Shown: positions 23,441-37,943 of the stretch, piece by piece
How positions within the stretch are numbered: the stretch's first letter is position 1
How the letters are laid out: each line of letters opens with the position of its first letter
Source of the DNA: Setoptus koraiensis
Lineage: Eukaryota; Animalia; Arthropoda
Assembly (NCBI GenBank): GCA_048013815.1
Contig: CM106586.1
Location: forward strand, 17,484,001 to 17,548,000
Direction of reading: 5' to 3'
DNA: 64,000 nucleotides
Position numbers and translations under genes: made by a program
Notes under the pieces: model-generated
The model's input: only the letters and a program-made list of their open reading frames with translations
Told to the model about the DNA's origin: nothing
The model's database searches: none

Positions 23441-24053
23441 GGCTAGCGTGGCTGGCACAAATTGTCCACAACTGACCATTGCTCCTAATGTGACGAGATG
23501 GCCAAAATCAATTGTTTTCAGCGGGCGCGCATGTCAAGCTGACATCCGCTTTTGCTGTCATGTTGTTGTTGTTGTTGTTGTTGCCGTTGTGTTGTTTACC
23601 CTCGTTGCATGTCAGCATGCGTAGACGGGGGGCGATGGAGGGGGGGGCAGGCGGCCATGTTTAGTGGGCGAAAAGCCTATACGCTCACTGTAAGAGAGCG
23701 CGCGCGCGCCTGCGCACTGCAACCATTTGTGCAGGGAGCCGAGGTGGCGATGAGAGTCGCGCGCATTTAATTTTTTAACTGCTGCTCATTTGGCAATTTT
23801 AGTTTTAGTGCAGAGCGCGAGGGGTTGTGAGTGAGTCACAAGTGATCACAAGTGATCGCTGATTATCTGTCAATTTGTGTGTTTTGAATAAACTGCCAGC
23901 AGTCACCTGATTGAGTCACCTGATTGCTGTCAACGAGCAGCAAGCAGCAGCAGCAGACGAGCAACAGCGACAAGCAGCATCAAGCCAGCATCGAGCAAGC
24001 AAACAAACAAACGAATAAACAAGCAAACCAATAAACAAACAAATAAACAAAGG

Positions 24054-24178
24054 ATGAGGTCCTTTTTGATACGCGACATTTTGTCGCCACCTCCGCCAGG
24101 TGAGTTGACAGCGCAGCAACTAAGTCAATTGACGCAGCTGAGTCAGCTTAGTTACCAATTGAACCAACAACAACAACA

Positions 24179-24220
<42 letters not shown>

Positions 24221-24777
24221 ACAGCAGCAACAACAACAACAGCAGCAGCAGCAGCAGAATGACAGTGACATTGATATCGACAACGACGAGGTCGACATAG
24301 ACATTGATATCGACAGTGACAACGACACCGACGATGACCAGCAGCATCAGCGACGTGCACGCAACAACAATGACATTGACGGCCACGACAACGACGACCC
24401 AAACAACAACAACAGCAGCGCCAGCAGCACCAAAGAAGACGACGACGACGATGAGGCAACCGATCAAGAGGACACAGATGATTGCAACAATTACAGACAC
24501 AACAGCAATAGAAAGACGCGAGATCAAGCGACAGGTGGCTCGTCCACCAACAATAACGGTCACCGGCATCACAGTGGCCAGCAGCAGCAGCGCTCGTCGG
24601 GGGCTGACAAGCATCACAGCAATCATCACAACAATCATCACAGCAGCAATCACCACGGCAAGCACCAGCAAAAGCAAGCCGCAAACAACAACAGTCTAAA
24701 CTCGCCACTAGACGCACTATTTCAAATGACCTCCAAGACCATCGACGGACTGAGGAACGGCGAGAAGCGCAGCACAG
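24054..24777 (+). CDS. Lbx: Ladybird homeobox exon 1 (eh1 motif, Q31 tract, Lbx PLxAL..TSKT motif)
   Basis: MRSFLIRDIL (eh1 FxIxxIL) and SPLDALFQMTSKTIDGL (ladybird motif). Donor ACAG|GTGAGT at 24778, phase 1. Confidence 0.85.
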
Positions 24778-27700
24778 GTGAGTAAACTCGAGAGCCATGC
24801 TTGTGAGCTATGCTTGTGAGCTATGCTCGTGAGCTATGTGGGCCGGTATGCGCCGATGGGGCCCGGTATGCGCCGATGGGGCCCGTGTCAGGTGACGATG
24901 GCCCAATGGCTGATATTGGGCGCGCAGTGGGCGCTGTTGGCGGCCATTATAGGCTCGCTCGCCTTATATTATTGGCACAGTGCGGCGGCACAGCGCAGCA
25001 AGAGCAACGCGCGGTGTGATATATCCGAGTGTGCATGTTTGAGCGCAGCCAGCTATTAGCCAGTGGAGTGTGCACAGTGTAATGGCATCGATTAAGTGAG
25101 TCTGTTTGGCTGATCCAGTTTGGGCCAGTTGCCGGCAATGCCATAGACAACAACAACAATCATTATAATCAAAGCCAATTACGTAACGCAAACGGACGCA
25201 ACAACAAAATGATATAACGCTCGAGTAAGCATGGCAAAGGAGCGTCTTTTCAATTTGTTGTTGATATACACATTGCCGACAGGCCGCGCACCTATATGGC
25301 TGATCTATGGCGCCACGCGCACTGCGCTCTGTCGAGCGCCCATTCTCGGTGGCGTCTCAACTGTGCCCACAGTGCCCAAGGTGCCCCAATGTGCCCCAAT
25401 GCGCCGAAAAGCGCCACCAAATGGCCCTCGACGACGAGCGCCCCTCGAACGGCATTTAGGAGGGGGCCGTTGCATCATTATCTCACTTATCCAATATCTT
25501 TATTGTTTGTGCGTCGCCACTGCCAGACTGTGCCCGGCGTGTCGCTGCACTTGTTATTGTTGGCGTCTGGCGTCTGGCATGTCGACCGGCTCGGGGCGCC
25601 CGGTCACCGGCCGTACATCGGGCCGTACATCGGGCCGCACATCGGGCCGCACATCGGGCCAGATATACATATGCGTATGTGTGTATTTAATGCCGCGAGA
25701 GCGCGTGCCCGCCCGAGCGGAAGATTAGAATGATAGTGATGAGTGCGATGATCATTGAAGCGTTTATTAATGATGACGATGATTTGTTTCGATCTAATTT
25801 CACACAACACAACAAACAAATCTCGCGCCGTTGCTGCTGCCGGGCCCCCATCGAAGCTAACACGATTAACACGATCCACTTGGCGTTGCCAGCCAGTGCC
25901 GACACATCCGACTGACGCGACTTGTGAGTGACGCAACTTGTGAGTGACGCAACTTGTGAGTGACGCAACGGCCAGTCCTAACTGCGCCTAAACCAGCCTC
26001 GGCTAAACTAGATAATCTACTCGGTGACACACACACACACACACGCGCACACAGAGGCTTCATTTGGGCAAATTGACAATTGTCACCTGTTTGCCCGCTC
26101 GACAATTGCGCAACCAATTGTTTGCCTCGGCACGGCGATCCCCATTGGCGTGTCACACATCACATAGCCTATATCGGCGGCACAGCAATCGATTAGGCGG
26201 CAAGACCGGTTGCGCGTGGCGTCGCTAGCAGCGTAACGTGACAAGTGTAAGCGCGCATTACGTAACGCGAGCTTATATCGTAACGCAAGCTGATATCGTA
26301 ACGCGTGCTGATATCGCAACGCGTGCTCACATCGTAACAAGTGGCAGCGCCACTTTTAAACAATGATACTGCCAATAATGTTGCGCATGTACACAATGTT
26401 TACGTAATGGCAACAATAATTAATCATTGCTTGGTAAAAAATGAAGCGCCAACGACGCATTACGCAATGTGAGCAATGCGCCGGCGCCGAGATGAGGGTG
26501 AAAAATGATGGACGAAACGCGAATGAATAAATAGATGAAAAATGGAGGCCAGCAGAGTCGGAGAGCGGCGCATAGAGGCCCGACAGAAGCGGGCGCAACA
26601 GAAGCGGGCGCAACAGAACCGGACGCGACAGAAACAAACGGAACGGGTCGGTTGTTTGTCGCATTGACGGTGTCAAGTGTGACTAAATTGTCACACAAAT
26701 AACAAAAAATATGTAATCACATTTGTGTGCGCTTCATCGCTTTTCCATCAGTGGGCGCCGATTGAAGTGATTCAATTGATTGCGGGCCGCTGCAAGCGGC
26801 AGCCGCTCGCACTCGGCCGCCAGGGGCCCCAACTCGCGGTCGGCCGCAGTCGGTGCGACATTGTTGCTGGCATGCTCACTCACATATCGCCGCATATCGC
26901 CGTCTATCGCCGTGTATCGCCGTGTATCGCCGTATGTCGGCGTATGTCGCCGTATGTCAGCGCGTAGAGCAGCAGATAGCAGCGTGCGGCCGCAAACGTT
27001 ACGTAACAGCGACGGCGCGATTCATCAATTACCAGGGAATGGCGCCGACACACTTGTAAGTGTGTCGAGGTAGCCGCCACATTGCGCGTAGTGACATGAT
27101 TAATGGCGAGCGTTGCACTTGACACCCGCTCGGTCAGGCTCTTATCTCGAGCTCATCGGCGCCGTCCGAGATTTGACGTGCACTGGCACAATACATAATA
27201 CATGCATTTGTGTGTATGTATTACGTAATGTGCGTGTATTGTGTAATGCATACATAACACGCTGTTGGCTGATCGTTTATGGCATTTGATAGGCCCGATT
27301 TATAGGATTGCAATGGTCAGCGGCCACACAAATACGCACAAATGCCACGTTTGCACATTGGCCGAGCCGGGATTTGTTGTTTGTGCTACCTGTGTGTGCC
27401 ATACCTAATGGCGATATAGAGCGTCGTTTAACTGTTATGCAACTGTCCGTTGACGTGAGCCGGCGGCCGGTGAGCGCTGTTGAGCGGCCTCGCAAGCCGC
27501 CCAATGCCACTCGACGCCGGCTAACAGGACCCGGTATGGAGTGACGCGGGACCCGGCGCGACCCGGCGCCAATCAATGGGCACTCGACGGGAATCGCTGG
27601 CGGCGGCCGCTGTGCAACGGTAATGGTCGCCAGCACGCACTCAAGTGCCCATATTGACATATTAATCATCGGCTCCAAGCCAGTGCGCGCTCCAATAAAT

Positions 27701-30437
27701 ACCCGCCACCCGAACAATGCTCGGCTAATCTCTCTCAGCTGGCGGTGTCCATTACAACAAGTGTGAGCCGACAAATCCGAGCCGACAAACAGCAAAACCG
27801 AGCCAACAAACAGCCAAAGCGAGCCAGCAGAACTGAGCTAGCAAAACTGGGGCCAGTTGTAAAATAGTTGCCATTAGCACTTATTTTCACTTGGCTAGCC
27901 AAGTGCCGGCTAATGATATCATACGCATTTGCATCGTTAACTATGCGCCGCATACAAATCTCATTATTATGATGTAACAAAGGTGCTGGCATGTCGTTAC
28001 TATCAGACGCTCGCCATCAAATGGTTGCCATCAAATGGTCGTTGGCTCGCTCGAGCTGGCAACGTAAGCCGCGCGTTTGATTAATTGTGTGCTCTCGTAT
28101 ACTATATATACACACATTATATAATGTACATAATATAGTGATAATATACATACTATAGTGATAATATACATACTATAGTGATAATATACATATATAGTGT
28201 ATTATCACTATTATTATTATGTAATGTGTGTGTGTGTTCACACCAACAGCGTCAATTGTTGAATTGCTGAATGGATAAGACTGGCTGCCAAATGAAACGA
28301 GATGAAGCCGTTGTTTATCAGGTTGCTGCCATTGGCGGCTTACGCGTTGTAAGGCCGGCGAAACATTGCGTGCTTGGCCATCATTTGCATCCCGTCCGAT
28401 TATTGCGTTGCTCAGTCTGCACACTTCGCAGACTCCACAGACTCCACGGACACGACCAGCAACAACCAGCGAAAAGTGGGCCAGATTTTTTCTGACAGTC
28501 GCCTCAAACTGTCGCCCAGGTTGGCGATTCTTTGAATCACTGCGACTCGCGAGCGTCGTGGCGAGTTGAGTGATGACGAGTGCCGGCCGATCGCGAGTGC
28601 CGGCCGATCGCGAGTGCCGGCCGATCGCCAGTGTCGGGCGATCGCCAGTGTCAGAGTGAGACACCGTTCTGCCAGAATGATTCCGGCGGCGTCTCGGCCA
28701 GTTGCGGGTGGGAATATTCCAGCCAGGAATTTTCAGCCAGGAATTTTCAGCCTGCAATTTGCAGCCTGCGATTTTCAGTCTGCAATTTTCGGCCCGCAGT
28801 TTGTCAGGCGAATTTTGGCCATTTGAATGTGGCGCGCAAAACTCGCCCTGAGCAAATATGCGAAATGAAGTGTGCGAAATGAATAAATAGTTCATAAGTA
28901 AATAGTTCACAAATAAATATGCAGTCTATTATTATGATGCGCGCCAAAGTTGCCCATGACAATCAATATTACGCAACAGCAACTGATTGCCCATGGGCGA
29001 CACTGTATTGCATAATCATATACAATGACAGTGTATTGCGTAATCATGTACAATGACAATGTATTGCGTAATAATGTACAATGTTGTAACAATGATGATA
29101 AGTGTGATAATACAGTGCGCCGATATAGGCCAGCGCTAACAATGGCGCCCATTTGGTGTCGGCTCGATAATGGTGGATATGTGTTGCTCACGGTTACGTA
29201 TCGAGCTGCGTCGAGCCGGCGAGACCTATAAGTGGCACCATATGGGTCTGTGAGGGTGATCGATCATGTGCGAGTTTGACGCCATGGTGCCAGCGGTCGT
29301 CATTGGCCGGCATTATCCGTTGGCTTCTTGTCGGCTGCGGGGGGGGGGCGGCGAGCAACAGCTCGATGGAACAAAGCAATCAGCGCTTAGTTACTGGCAG
29401 CCGGTCGTTAATCAACGTTGGCCCTCATCGAGAGCCATATTGCACCCAACAATGGGCGCCCATCGATCACCGAGCGGCGGCCGTTTCATTGTGCGCTCGT
29501 TTGGGCGATACATCGAGCGGCGCGTCGAGTCGTCGAGTCCGCCGAGCCGTCGAGTCCGCCGAGCCGTCGGTTGGGCGGCGCGATGAGCGCGATCGGCGAG
29601 CTCGCAAATTGGCCGAGAAGCGGCTCTCGAGCCGGCCGACGAGCGGCTCTCAAATTGGCCGACGAGCGACTCTCAAATTGGCCGACGAGCGAGGGGCTCG
29701 CCAACAAAAGCTGCGAACGCCGATGAGCAACGGCGAGCGACAACAAAGGCAAGGTGAGCGCATCAAGTCATGACGGCCAATTCAATTTGCCAACCAATCA
29801 AGCGACCAATGAGATAATGAGATTGAGAAACAAACATATTAGGCGTTAATAATGCTGCTAATTAAAGCCCGGCCGACACATACAACAGTTGAATGGGCCA
29901 GCCATTGAGCCGTTTAATGGCCTGTTAATGTGAGTGAGTGGCGCCCATCGGCGGGCCATTGCGCAACAGACAAACACTGACAACTTTGCCCTGGCGAGAC
30001 TTTACGAGCCGCCGCCGCCGAAGCGCCATGTAACGCATGCAACACACTTACACCTGTGCCGGTACAATCAGCTTTACCTGTGCGCTCAATGCATGCGCAA
30101 TAGACGCAATGCGGACGGATAATAGATAGATGCAATCAGTGTAATTGTTGTTGTTGTTGTTGTTGTTGCTGTTGGTTGGTGTTGTTGTTGGTGTTGCGCA
30201 ATGGCCGGCTTACGAAACAATTTAACAGGTTGCCGCGGCAAGTGTCGGCACGATGATGCGCGCTCGTTAATGGGCGTATCATGCCAACAACCTGTTTGTT
30301 TGTCGGCTTGCTCCATTGATGGTCATGCTGATGATGAGAGTTGGCCGGCCACTCATTTATTAACAGGGCATCTTGTCGTTTTTACCTGAGCTTTTAGCTG
30401 AGCGAGCCGCTTGTGCGCCGGCAACGCCAGCTCCGCT

Positions 30438-30514
30438 CAGTTTCGGTCAGTTTCGGCCAGTTTCGGCCAGTTTCGGTCAGTTTCGGTCAGTTTCGGCCCG
30501 TTTTGGCCAGTTTT
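30438..30514. repeat. 10-bp tandem repeat (CAGTTTCGGY)n, ~7 units
   Basis: Direct reading. Confidence 0.9.
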
Positions 30515-33500
30515 GCAGCGTCTCGTTGTGCCAGCGTCACGATCATGCAAGCTCCATCATCGTGCTAGCACCTGTCAGGCCTCACCTACCAACCGGCAAC
30601 TTTGGCCAGCTTCGAGCGGCCTGAGCATCGAGGCCGCAGCCGGCGACGCTGAGATTTTGCCCGGCATCGGCCAACAGCAACATTTTGACACTTGTTACGT
30701 AATTTGTTTCACTGAGCTTCTAGTCGGACAAGCGTCGCCAGCTAATAGTCGCTCGGTGTCACTTCCGGCGCACAGAAGCATTTTGCAGCGCAAGACGCTT
30801 CTGTAATTTTCTACATTTTCCCATTTTTCCCTCCACCCAAATTTCCATTTTTCTTTCCATTTTCCATTGATGCTAACTGACTGACAACTGACGATGAAAC
30901 ATATGTTACCTTGTGAGCCGCTGGTGCTGCCAACAACCAACAAGCGACCAATTACGCGACCACCACCAACCGGCATTTTGGCTGGCCAGTCACTCGCCGG
31001 CTCAATCGGCTCAAAATGGCCAAGATTGCTGGCCCAATTGTCAGTGTATCGCCGGCGAGACACTGACAATTCAATTAATTCAATTAATGGCTAAAATTTT
31101 TGTCCAGCTCCGATTTCGCGCGCCCCCTATTATTATCATAATTGGTGCTAACTACATTGTTCATTGTATCAATATCGGCCCATTGGCTTCGTTAGCATGC
31201 ACCGTGAAGCCCGCTTAAGTGGGCCAATTAAATCAAATGCTGCTCCAATGCGGAGTGCCAGTCATTATTGCATCAGTATCATTATTGTTATTGCCATTAT
31301 TGTTGCCAGCAGTGAACGGTTGTCGTTGCCGTTGGTTGTGTGGCGCGGTTGTTGCGGCAAGCGGCATGCGAGACGACAACGAGAACGAGATTGCGTAATG
31401 GGGAGCGTCCAGCTCGCCGGCTTAATTGGCTCGCAAACATTGCCACACTTGAATATTCATATTCATTATTATTATTTCGTTTTATTTTGTTTTTTTTTTG
31501 TTTTTTCATAGCCAAACACACACAACATTAGCATTTTTTCCTCGCATTATCATTAGGCGCAACGATTGCGCAATCGCTGCGACGCTGGCACGATTTTTTG
31601 CCATTGTATTCATTTACTGCAACCACCTATAACTACAACTACCGCGGCTACACACTTGCACAGGTAACCAGATAGGTTAACAAGATATCGTTTATCGTCT
31701 ATCATGTTTCATGAGCATGCAACAGCGGCAACAGCAACAACAACGCCAACAACAACCGCCTATTACTCGATACTGCATGCCACATTTGAATGCACATTTG
31801 ACTATCATGCGATGTAATTATCGCGACCAGGTTGCCAGTTGATCGCCATTGTCGGCCAATCACATCGGACGCAACATGCGAGCCGTCGAGCCTGCGAGCC
31901 GCCGAGCCTGCGAGCCGGGCGATGCGATCGAGGCGACGCCATCAAACCGGACGCAGCAACTAATGCGCGGCCGCGTCGGGCGAGCCGGCCCGACGCGACA
32001 ACGGACGACAGCGGATTCTGTTTGAACACCGTCGGCGGCTAGATTTCGCGTCAGAGGTGGGCCCATATGGGCCGCGCCGAACAGCGGGCGAGCGGCCGAT
32101 ATTGATGGCGGTGATTAGGCCTAATGACGACAATTTCGCCGACGAATCCGGCCACCAGGGGGGCGCAGTGGACACCAGTGGCCGTGATCAATCGATTCGG
32201 GGCCACACTCATCGTGGGCCAATCGTTTAAAAGTTAAACTTTTTTCCGGTTTAAATTGAGCGGCGAGCGGCTAAAAAGCGAGCTTTTGTTTTGGTTGCCG
32301 TGTTTCATTGTGGGGTAGAGGGCGTTTGCCGGGGCACCGGCGGATCGTTGTCGCCGCGGGTCTGTTGTCGGTGATTTGCGCCGGCATCAACACACCGGTT
32401 AGTGTTGGCAAAATTGCTTTTCGCGAGACAAGTGGCCAACTCAGGTAAATCGGGCCGGCCAAATGGAAGCCGGGCAAGTGGATAAGCAGCGCCAGACGTG
32501 ACACTGGATATTAGATTAAACGCCAGTCACGAGTTTGCTGGCGATTGTGGCTTCTGTTTCACGCGTTCTCGCTCTCCATTGTTGTTTCGCTGGCAGCGGC
32601 GCCGGCAGAGGCGAAAATCAATTTGCTCTAATGAAAACGGTTGTTCTAATGAAAATCGTTGTGTCTCGTTTGCTGGCTCCTCCATTGCAGCCGCTGGCCT
32701 GTGAGTGTCGATATCACCGCCTTTTCGGCCACCAAAATCAGCTGCTGCTGCTGGCGTCGGCCGGCGCGATATTAGCGGCGGCATCGCTCGGGCCGGCCGC
32801 TAGTCAATTTAATTTCGCATCATCGTTTTGCGATTGTCTCGCGCTCCAATTTACAAGAAAGCGTCTTGTCCGGGCGGCCGCTCGTGACCCGCCGACCCGC
32901 CACTGGACGCAGCAACTTGGAAGCGCATCAATGAAATCGGCCGAGTCAATGAAATCGCGCCGCACTCCGGCCCGCAACGACCAGCCTCAATTGTTACAAG
33001 TTATTTAAAGGCCGCCGCTCGCCCGTTTCGAGCGCCCGTCCGCGCCAGCGGTAGCGCTGATTGCCGATCATCGGCTGCCAGCGCAACATGGCTCCCCGTT
33101 ATTGGTCGCGCCAATCACAGCGATACCGATCAATGGCACTGCAGCGCCACTGCGCCGCGCCACGGTGCCAAAGCGAGTTACATAACACGATGCGTCGGCC
33201 AGAATGGTAAAAAACTTATAAAATAAAATGAGAAATACAAACGCCCGAGATACCGACGAAAAGTGCGCGCCGCCACGAGCCGCCCCGTAACGACGGGCCG
33301 GCCCGTCGTTACGGGGGGCGCCGGCGAGCGGCTCGCAGAGCGTGGGCGGCGGCCCTGTCAAACGCGCGAAAGCGCGTTGGAAGCGGCGCACCGGGCCCGG
33401 CGTTTGACAGCGCCACTGGGTCATTAGTGGCTCCGCGCAAGGCACTTTGTTGCCCGTCTGGCGGTTGTTGTGGCGCTGCATGTGTCTGACATGCCTCAAT

Positions 33501-36500
33501 TAAATCGTCGGGCGCATATCGCTCGTGACGCGCCGCACCGAGACCGGCGGCGAGCGCTGGCCGGCGAGCGTCGGGCAGCGGCCGTCCGCACAGCGCCGCC
33601 AATTTGAATATTTCAATTTGAGTGAAATCGTTTGAGACGGGCGCGTGATGGAGCGGCGGCCCGGGTTGCGCGCTTGCGACAAGTGGCCGCAAGTGGACCG
33701 CATCAATCATGTGGCCCACTTTGTGGCGTGTCGCGCCGGGCTTGTTGTGACGCTCGGTGCCCGCGCGATCGCGTGTAAACACACCGCGGCCGCAAAAGTA
33801 TCCCGTCTGTCAGAGCGGCAAAGTATCTCTTGACGGCGGCCGTGGCCGCCGCAACCGCAGCGACGCCGACAGCCGACCGGGCCAAGGACGAGCGACCGCG
33901 ACAACAAATGGAGCTCATTAGTCGTAATTGAGCAGCCAAGCTGGCGCGGTTGCCATGGCCGCGCCAGCGGCCGGCCACTGGGCCGGTCCGCGGGTCGCCG
34001 GGCCGGCGTGTCGGTGCACCGATGGGCCGGCCGCTGGCGCGGGCCGGCCGGCGGTCGGCGGGCAGCATCATTAGCGAAAGATGGGTCGTTGTTTGTGTCT
34101 ACGCGAGATGATTTCGCCCTGATCAAAGCGACGGGCCGGCGATTGTTGTTTGTGGCTACTTTTTGTTCTCGCGCCGTCCGCTGGTCGGCACGGTTCGCGG
34201 CACCGCCAACTGTAACAGCGCCACCGCCAACTGGAGCAGCGCCACCGCTAGCTGTAACAGCGCCACCGCGAAACTGTAACAGCGCCACCAGCGCCAACAG
34301 CAGCAACAAAACGCCAGCGCCGCTGTTGCCGGCCGCGGCCAGTAGGTGACCGAGGCGGCGGCGGCGGCGGCGGCCAATAAATCATTATCGCTTAAATATG
34401 TGGATAATGTATCCGCGCTAAAGAATGCGCGCTCCGTCAATGCGAGCCGGCGCTATTAATTAGGCTCGTTGCCCGGTTAGGCCGGTACCGCGTAGCGCGC
34501 ACCGCGCGGACGCGCCGTGAGCGGCGGTGTGACCCCCGACGGTCACTTTGACAGGTGCCGGCCGGCCGGCGCGTCCATTGTGCGCTCGGGCCAATTGTGT
34601 TGTGATTTGATTATGATTTGATCGGATCGGATCGGATCGGTTTTGCTGACGAGCCCGTCGCGTCCCACAACAAGTGCGGCAACCCTCAGAAGTGGCGCTC
34701 ACAAGCGGCCCTCAGAGGCGGCTCTCCGCGGCGGCTCTGTCACTCGGATCACGCGTATGTGTATCATGTGCGCGTCGCATGCGTCGGCGGCTCAGGTGAG
34801 CGGCGCCGCCTCTCGCGGGCCGGACTCGGCCGAATGGCGTGCGCGATAATTGTAACGATGACGGCCATTGTTGTTGAGCTGTCGCTGTTGTTGTTGGTGT
34901 CGCTGTTGTTTCGGCTCATGTAAATGAAGTTAACCTTTGGAGCACACAAACACAACAGCGTATCAGCGCCAATTAGGTTTGATCTCTCACTTAACTCCCA
35001 TTCAGCTCGCATGACTCGGGCCGGCTCGCCGCTAACTCGACTGGCCGCTGTGCCGAAGTGGCCGCGCCGCTCCACAAGCGCGGGCAATTGTGCCAATTTT
35101 TCATCATTCCTCACCTATGAGCGGCGTCGCCTATCGCCGGTCGGCTGTCGCCGGTTGCGCCGATTGCGCCGGTTGCGCCTGTTGCGATCGCCGCCGCGCC
35201 GCATGCATGCGGCCGCCATCATGATACAGCGCGCCCGTCCCTGTTGTGCCGCACCGGCCCGCCTGGCCACGTCGACCGGCCCGCCGCCAGGCGGCCCAAT
35301 TGCGGCCGGCTCAACGCTGGCCCGACGTCATAGTTGGCCGGCCTGCAGCTCGACCGGCCTGCAGCTCGACCGGCGTCAGACCTGCTGACCGGCCGGCGCT
35401 CGCTCACCTGGCGGAAGTTGGCGCTTGTTCGAGCTGTCAGTCGTTAGGCGGCTCATTACTGTGCGCCCGTGTGCGCCATGTTAACAATTTAACCAATGAT
35501 TGATCATTACGGCCATTATCATGAATCATGAGCGAGATGAGCCAGGCCATTTTGTTGCCAGAAACTTTTGTTGGCCGCCTCAGTCGCTGAGCCACTAAAT
35601 GCTGAGCCGCCAAGCGCCGAGCCACTAACAACTCAAGTAAGTGCTCACTAAGCCAGCCAGTCAGCCAACAGCTAGCTGCTCCAGTTGCGTCATTAGGGCT
35701 TGCCGTGTGCGAAATTTGCATAAATGTTAAGTGCGACGCTTTGCATTTACACGACGACGCACTGGCCATTGTGTGTGACAGCCGCTCATGACACTACACG
35801 CTACTTGATTATGTAACTCTCATTACTGCACACTATGTATTGCATGATGTATTATATGATATGTTATGTAATATGTGATCAAGTTATATCATGCTGCTCA
35901 AGATGAATCATGCCCGCCGAACAAGCGAGCCGGTCGTTACCGGTGAGTGCGGCTCACACACACACACACAATTGAGCAAAATAACATACAAGTTGATGAA
36001 TACAGATGACACAACGTGATCACAATGACGTAACAATTATACAAAGGCAACAATCAATTTGCGCTCTGCTGTTTCCATTGGGTCGAATGAGCTCATACGC
36101 CGACTCATACGCCGACTCATACGCCGAGGATAAATGTATTCACACGGCCATTCGCTCGTTCGTTGCATGCTCGCGGATATTCATGGATACTTGTGGGCAC
36201 TTGTGCGAAATCGTGGGCACTTGTGCGAAATTGCGGATACCCGCGGATAATGACAACATGCGCACCAGTGTCCAGTGCTCATGTTGTGCGGTTGTGCGAT
36301 TGTGCGATTGTGCGATTGTGCGATTACGCGATTACGGTCGCAAGTATCACCTGGTGGCCACTTGTGAGATGCGTTGTAGTGTGTTGCGCAACAACAACAT
36401 TAGTCTTCGCTCTATATTCGGCTGCATGATACATGGTGAGTGTGCCATATAGGCGCCTGAAGACGCCCTAATGACGCAACAATCGGCGGCCACGAAGCAA

Positions 36501-37911
36501 CAATCGGCAACGAAGCAGCAATCGGCAATTGCGCAATTGAATTGAGTGCCGTGCGGTGTTGACAGACTGCGTTTGTTACAATGAATGACTCACCTGGCTC
36601 ACCTGTAAATATTACAGGTGAGCCAGGCGAACATTACAGGTGTGAGAGCAGCAGGGTGGTAATAGTGGTGCAGTGGTAACAACGTAGTGACACACATAAC
36701 AATTGTAACAAGTGTGTGTGTTTCCTATAAACAGTGGTCGTGTTGTGCGCGCCATTATAGAGCGGTCAGCTGACTGCTGTCATAGTCAGCTGACCGGGTT
36801 GTCATGTGTCGTGTGTGTGTGTGTGTGCACTGTGAGACACGGTCAATAATCATAATTTATCACGACGACTTCTCTGGCCAAGTTGGTGTTTGGGTAAATC
36901 GCCACGGGAGGTCTGGCCAGCCGGTGAGCTCACATGTATGCGCAGTGTCCAGCGTATGTGAGCACAGGTGAGTTCATCGCACAGGCGAGTTGTGTTTGTG
37001 AGAGGGCACAGGTGAGACTAATTTGAATAATTCAATTCTAAACTTGTCATGTCAACTCACAAGTCGGTGGCTCGCTTTTCCCACTGGCTCGCTGCCAGCG
37101 TTGCAAAATTGCCAGCTTATAACAGCAAGCCACGCTGACAGGCGATAAATAATGATTGCATGTATTATTTGGTTTTGCATCATTAGCATCGTTATCGCGA
37201 CACACTATTCATTTGGTCGTAAGTGTGCTGTCGGCAAACAATCGGGCATGCTCACAATGGGGGCGACCGGCGACAAAAGGTTCACACGCACACTTGCTGT
37301 TGGCCGCTAATGAATTTATCATTTATCCCGAGTCGTCACGACAAAGGGTCGCCCTGCCGAGGCGGCTTAGGGTCGCTCGGCGCGCATCCCCCGCATAACC
37401 GGGCCATTGTGCGGCGGTTGTGCGACGGTTGTGCGACAATCGTGCCCCAATCGTGCCACAATTGCGCAACAAGCCGCCGCGGCGCGCACAAGTCGGCGGG
37501 CACAACCCAAGGCCACAAGCGAAGACTGGCGAGCTATTGGCCAGTGGGCAACCCGAGCGGACAGAGACAATCGGCCGGCAAGTGGCCGGCATGTCGCGGC
37601 CATTCTGCCGGGATTCCGCGGCAATTCTGCGGCCGCTCTGCGGCCATTGTCACTGGCCGGCGAGGGGGCAAATGGCGGCCCATTATTGTGCGTTACAAGC
37701 ACGCCAAATGGCGAAGACAAGCACGTAATTGAGAGTTGATCACCCGCTCATGTCCGCTTGCACCGGCTCGTATCAGCGGTTGTCAGTGGTTGTGTCAGTT
37801 GCCGAGTCGGTTGTTGTTCAGTTGTTGAGTCGGTTGTTGTTGTGCGTCCAATTGTTCGTGCCCAGCGATGGCCGAAAATAGCCGGCAGTGATAACAGCAA
37901 CAACAGCAACA

Positions 37912-37943
<32 letters not shown>

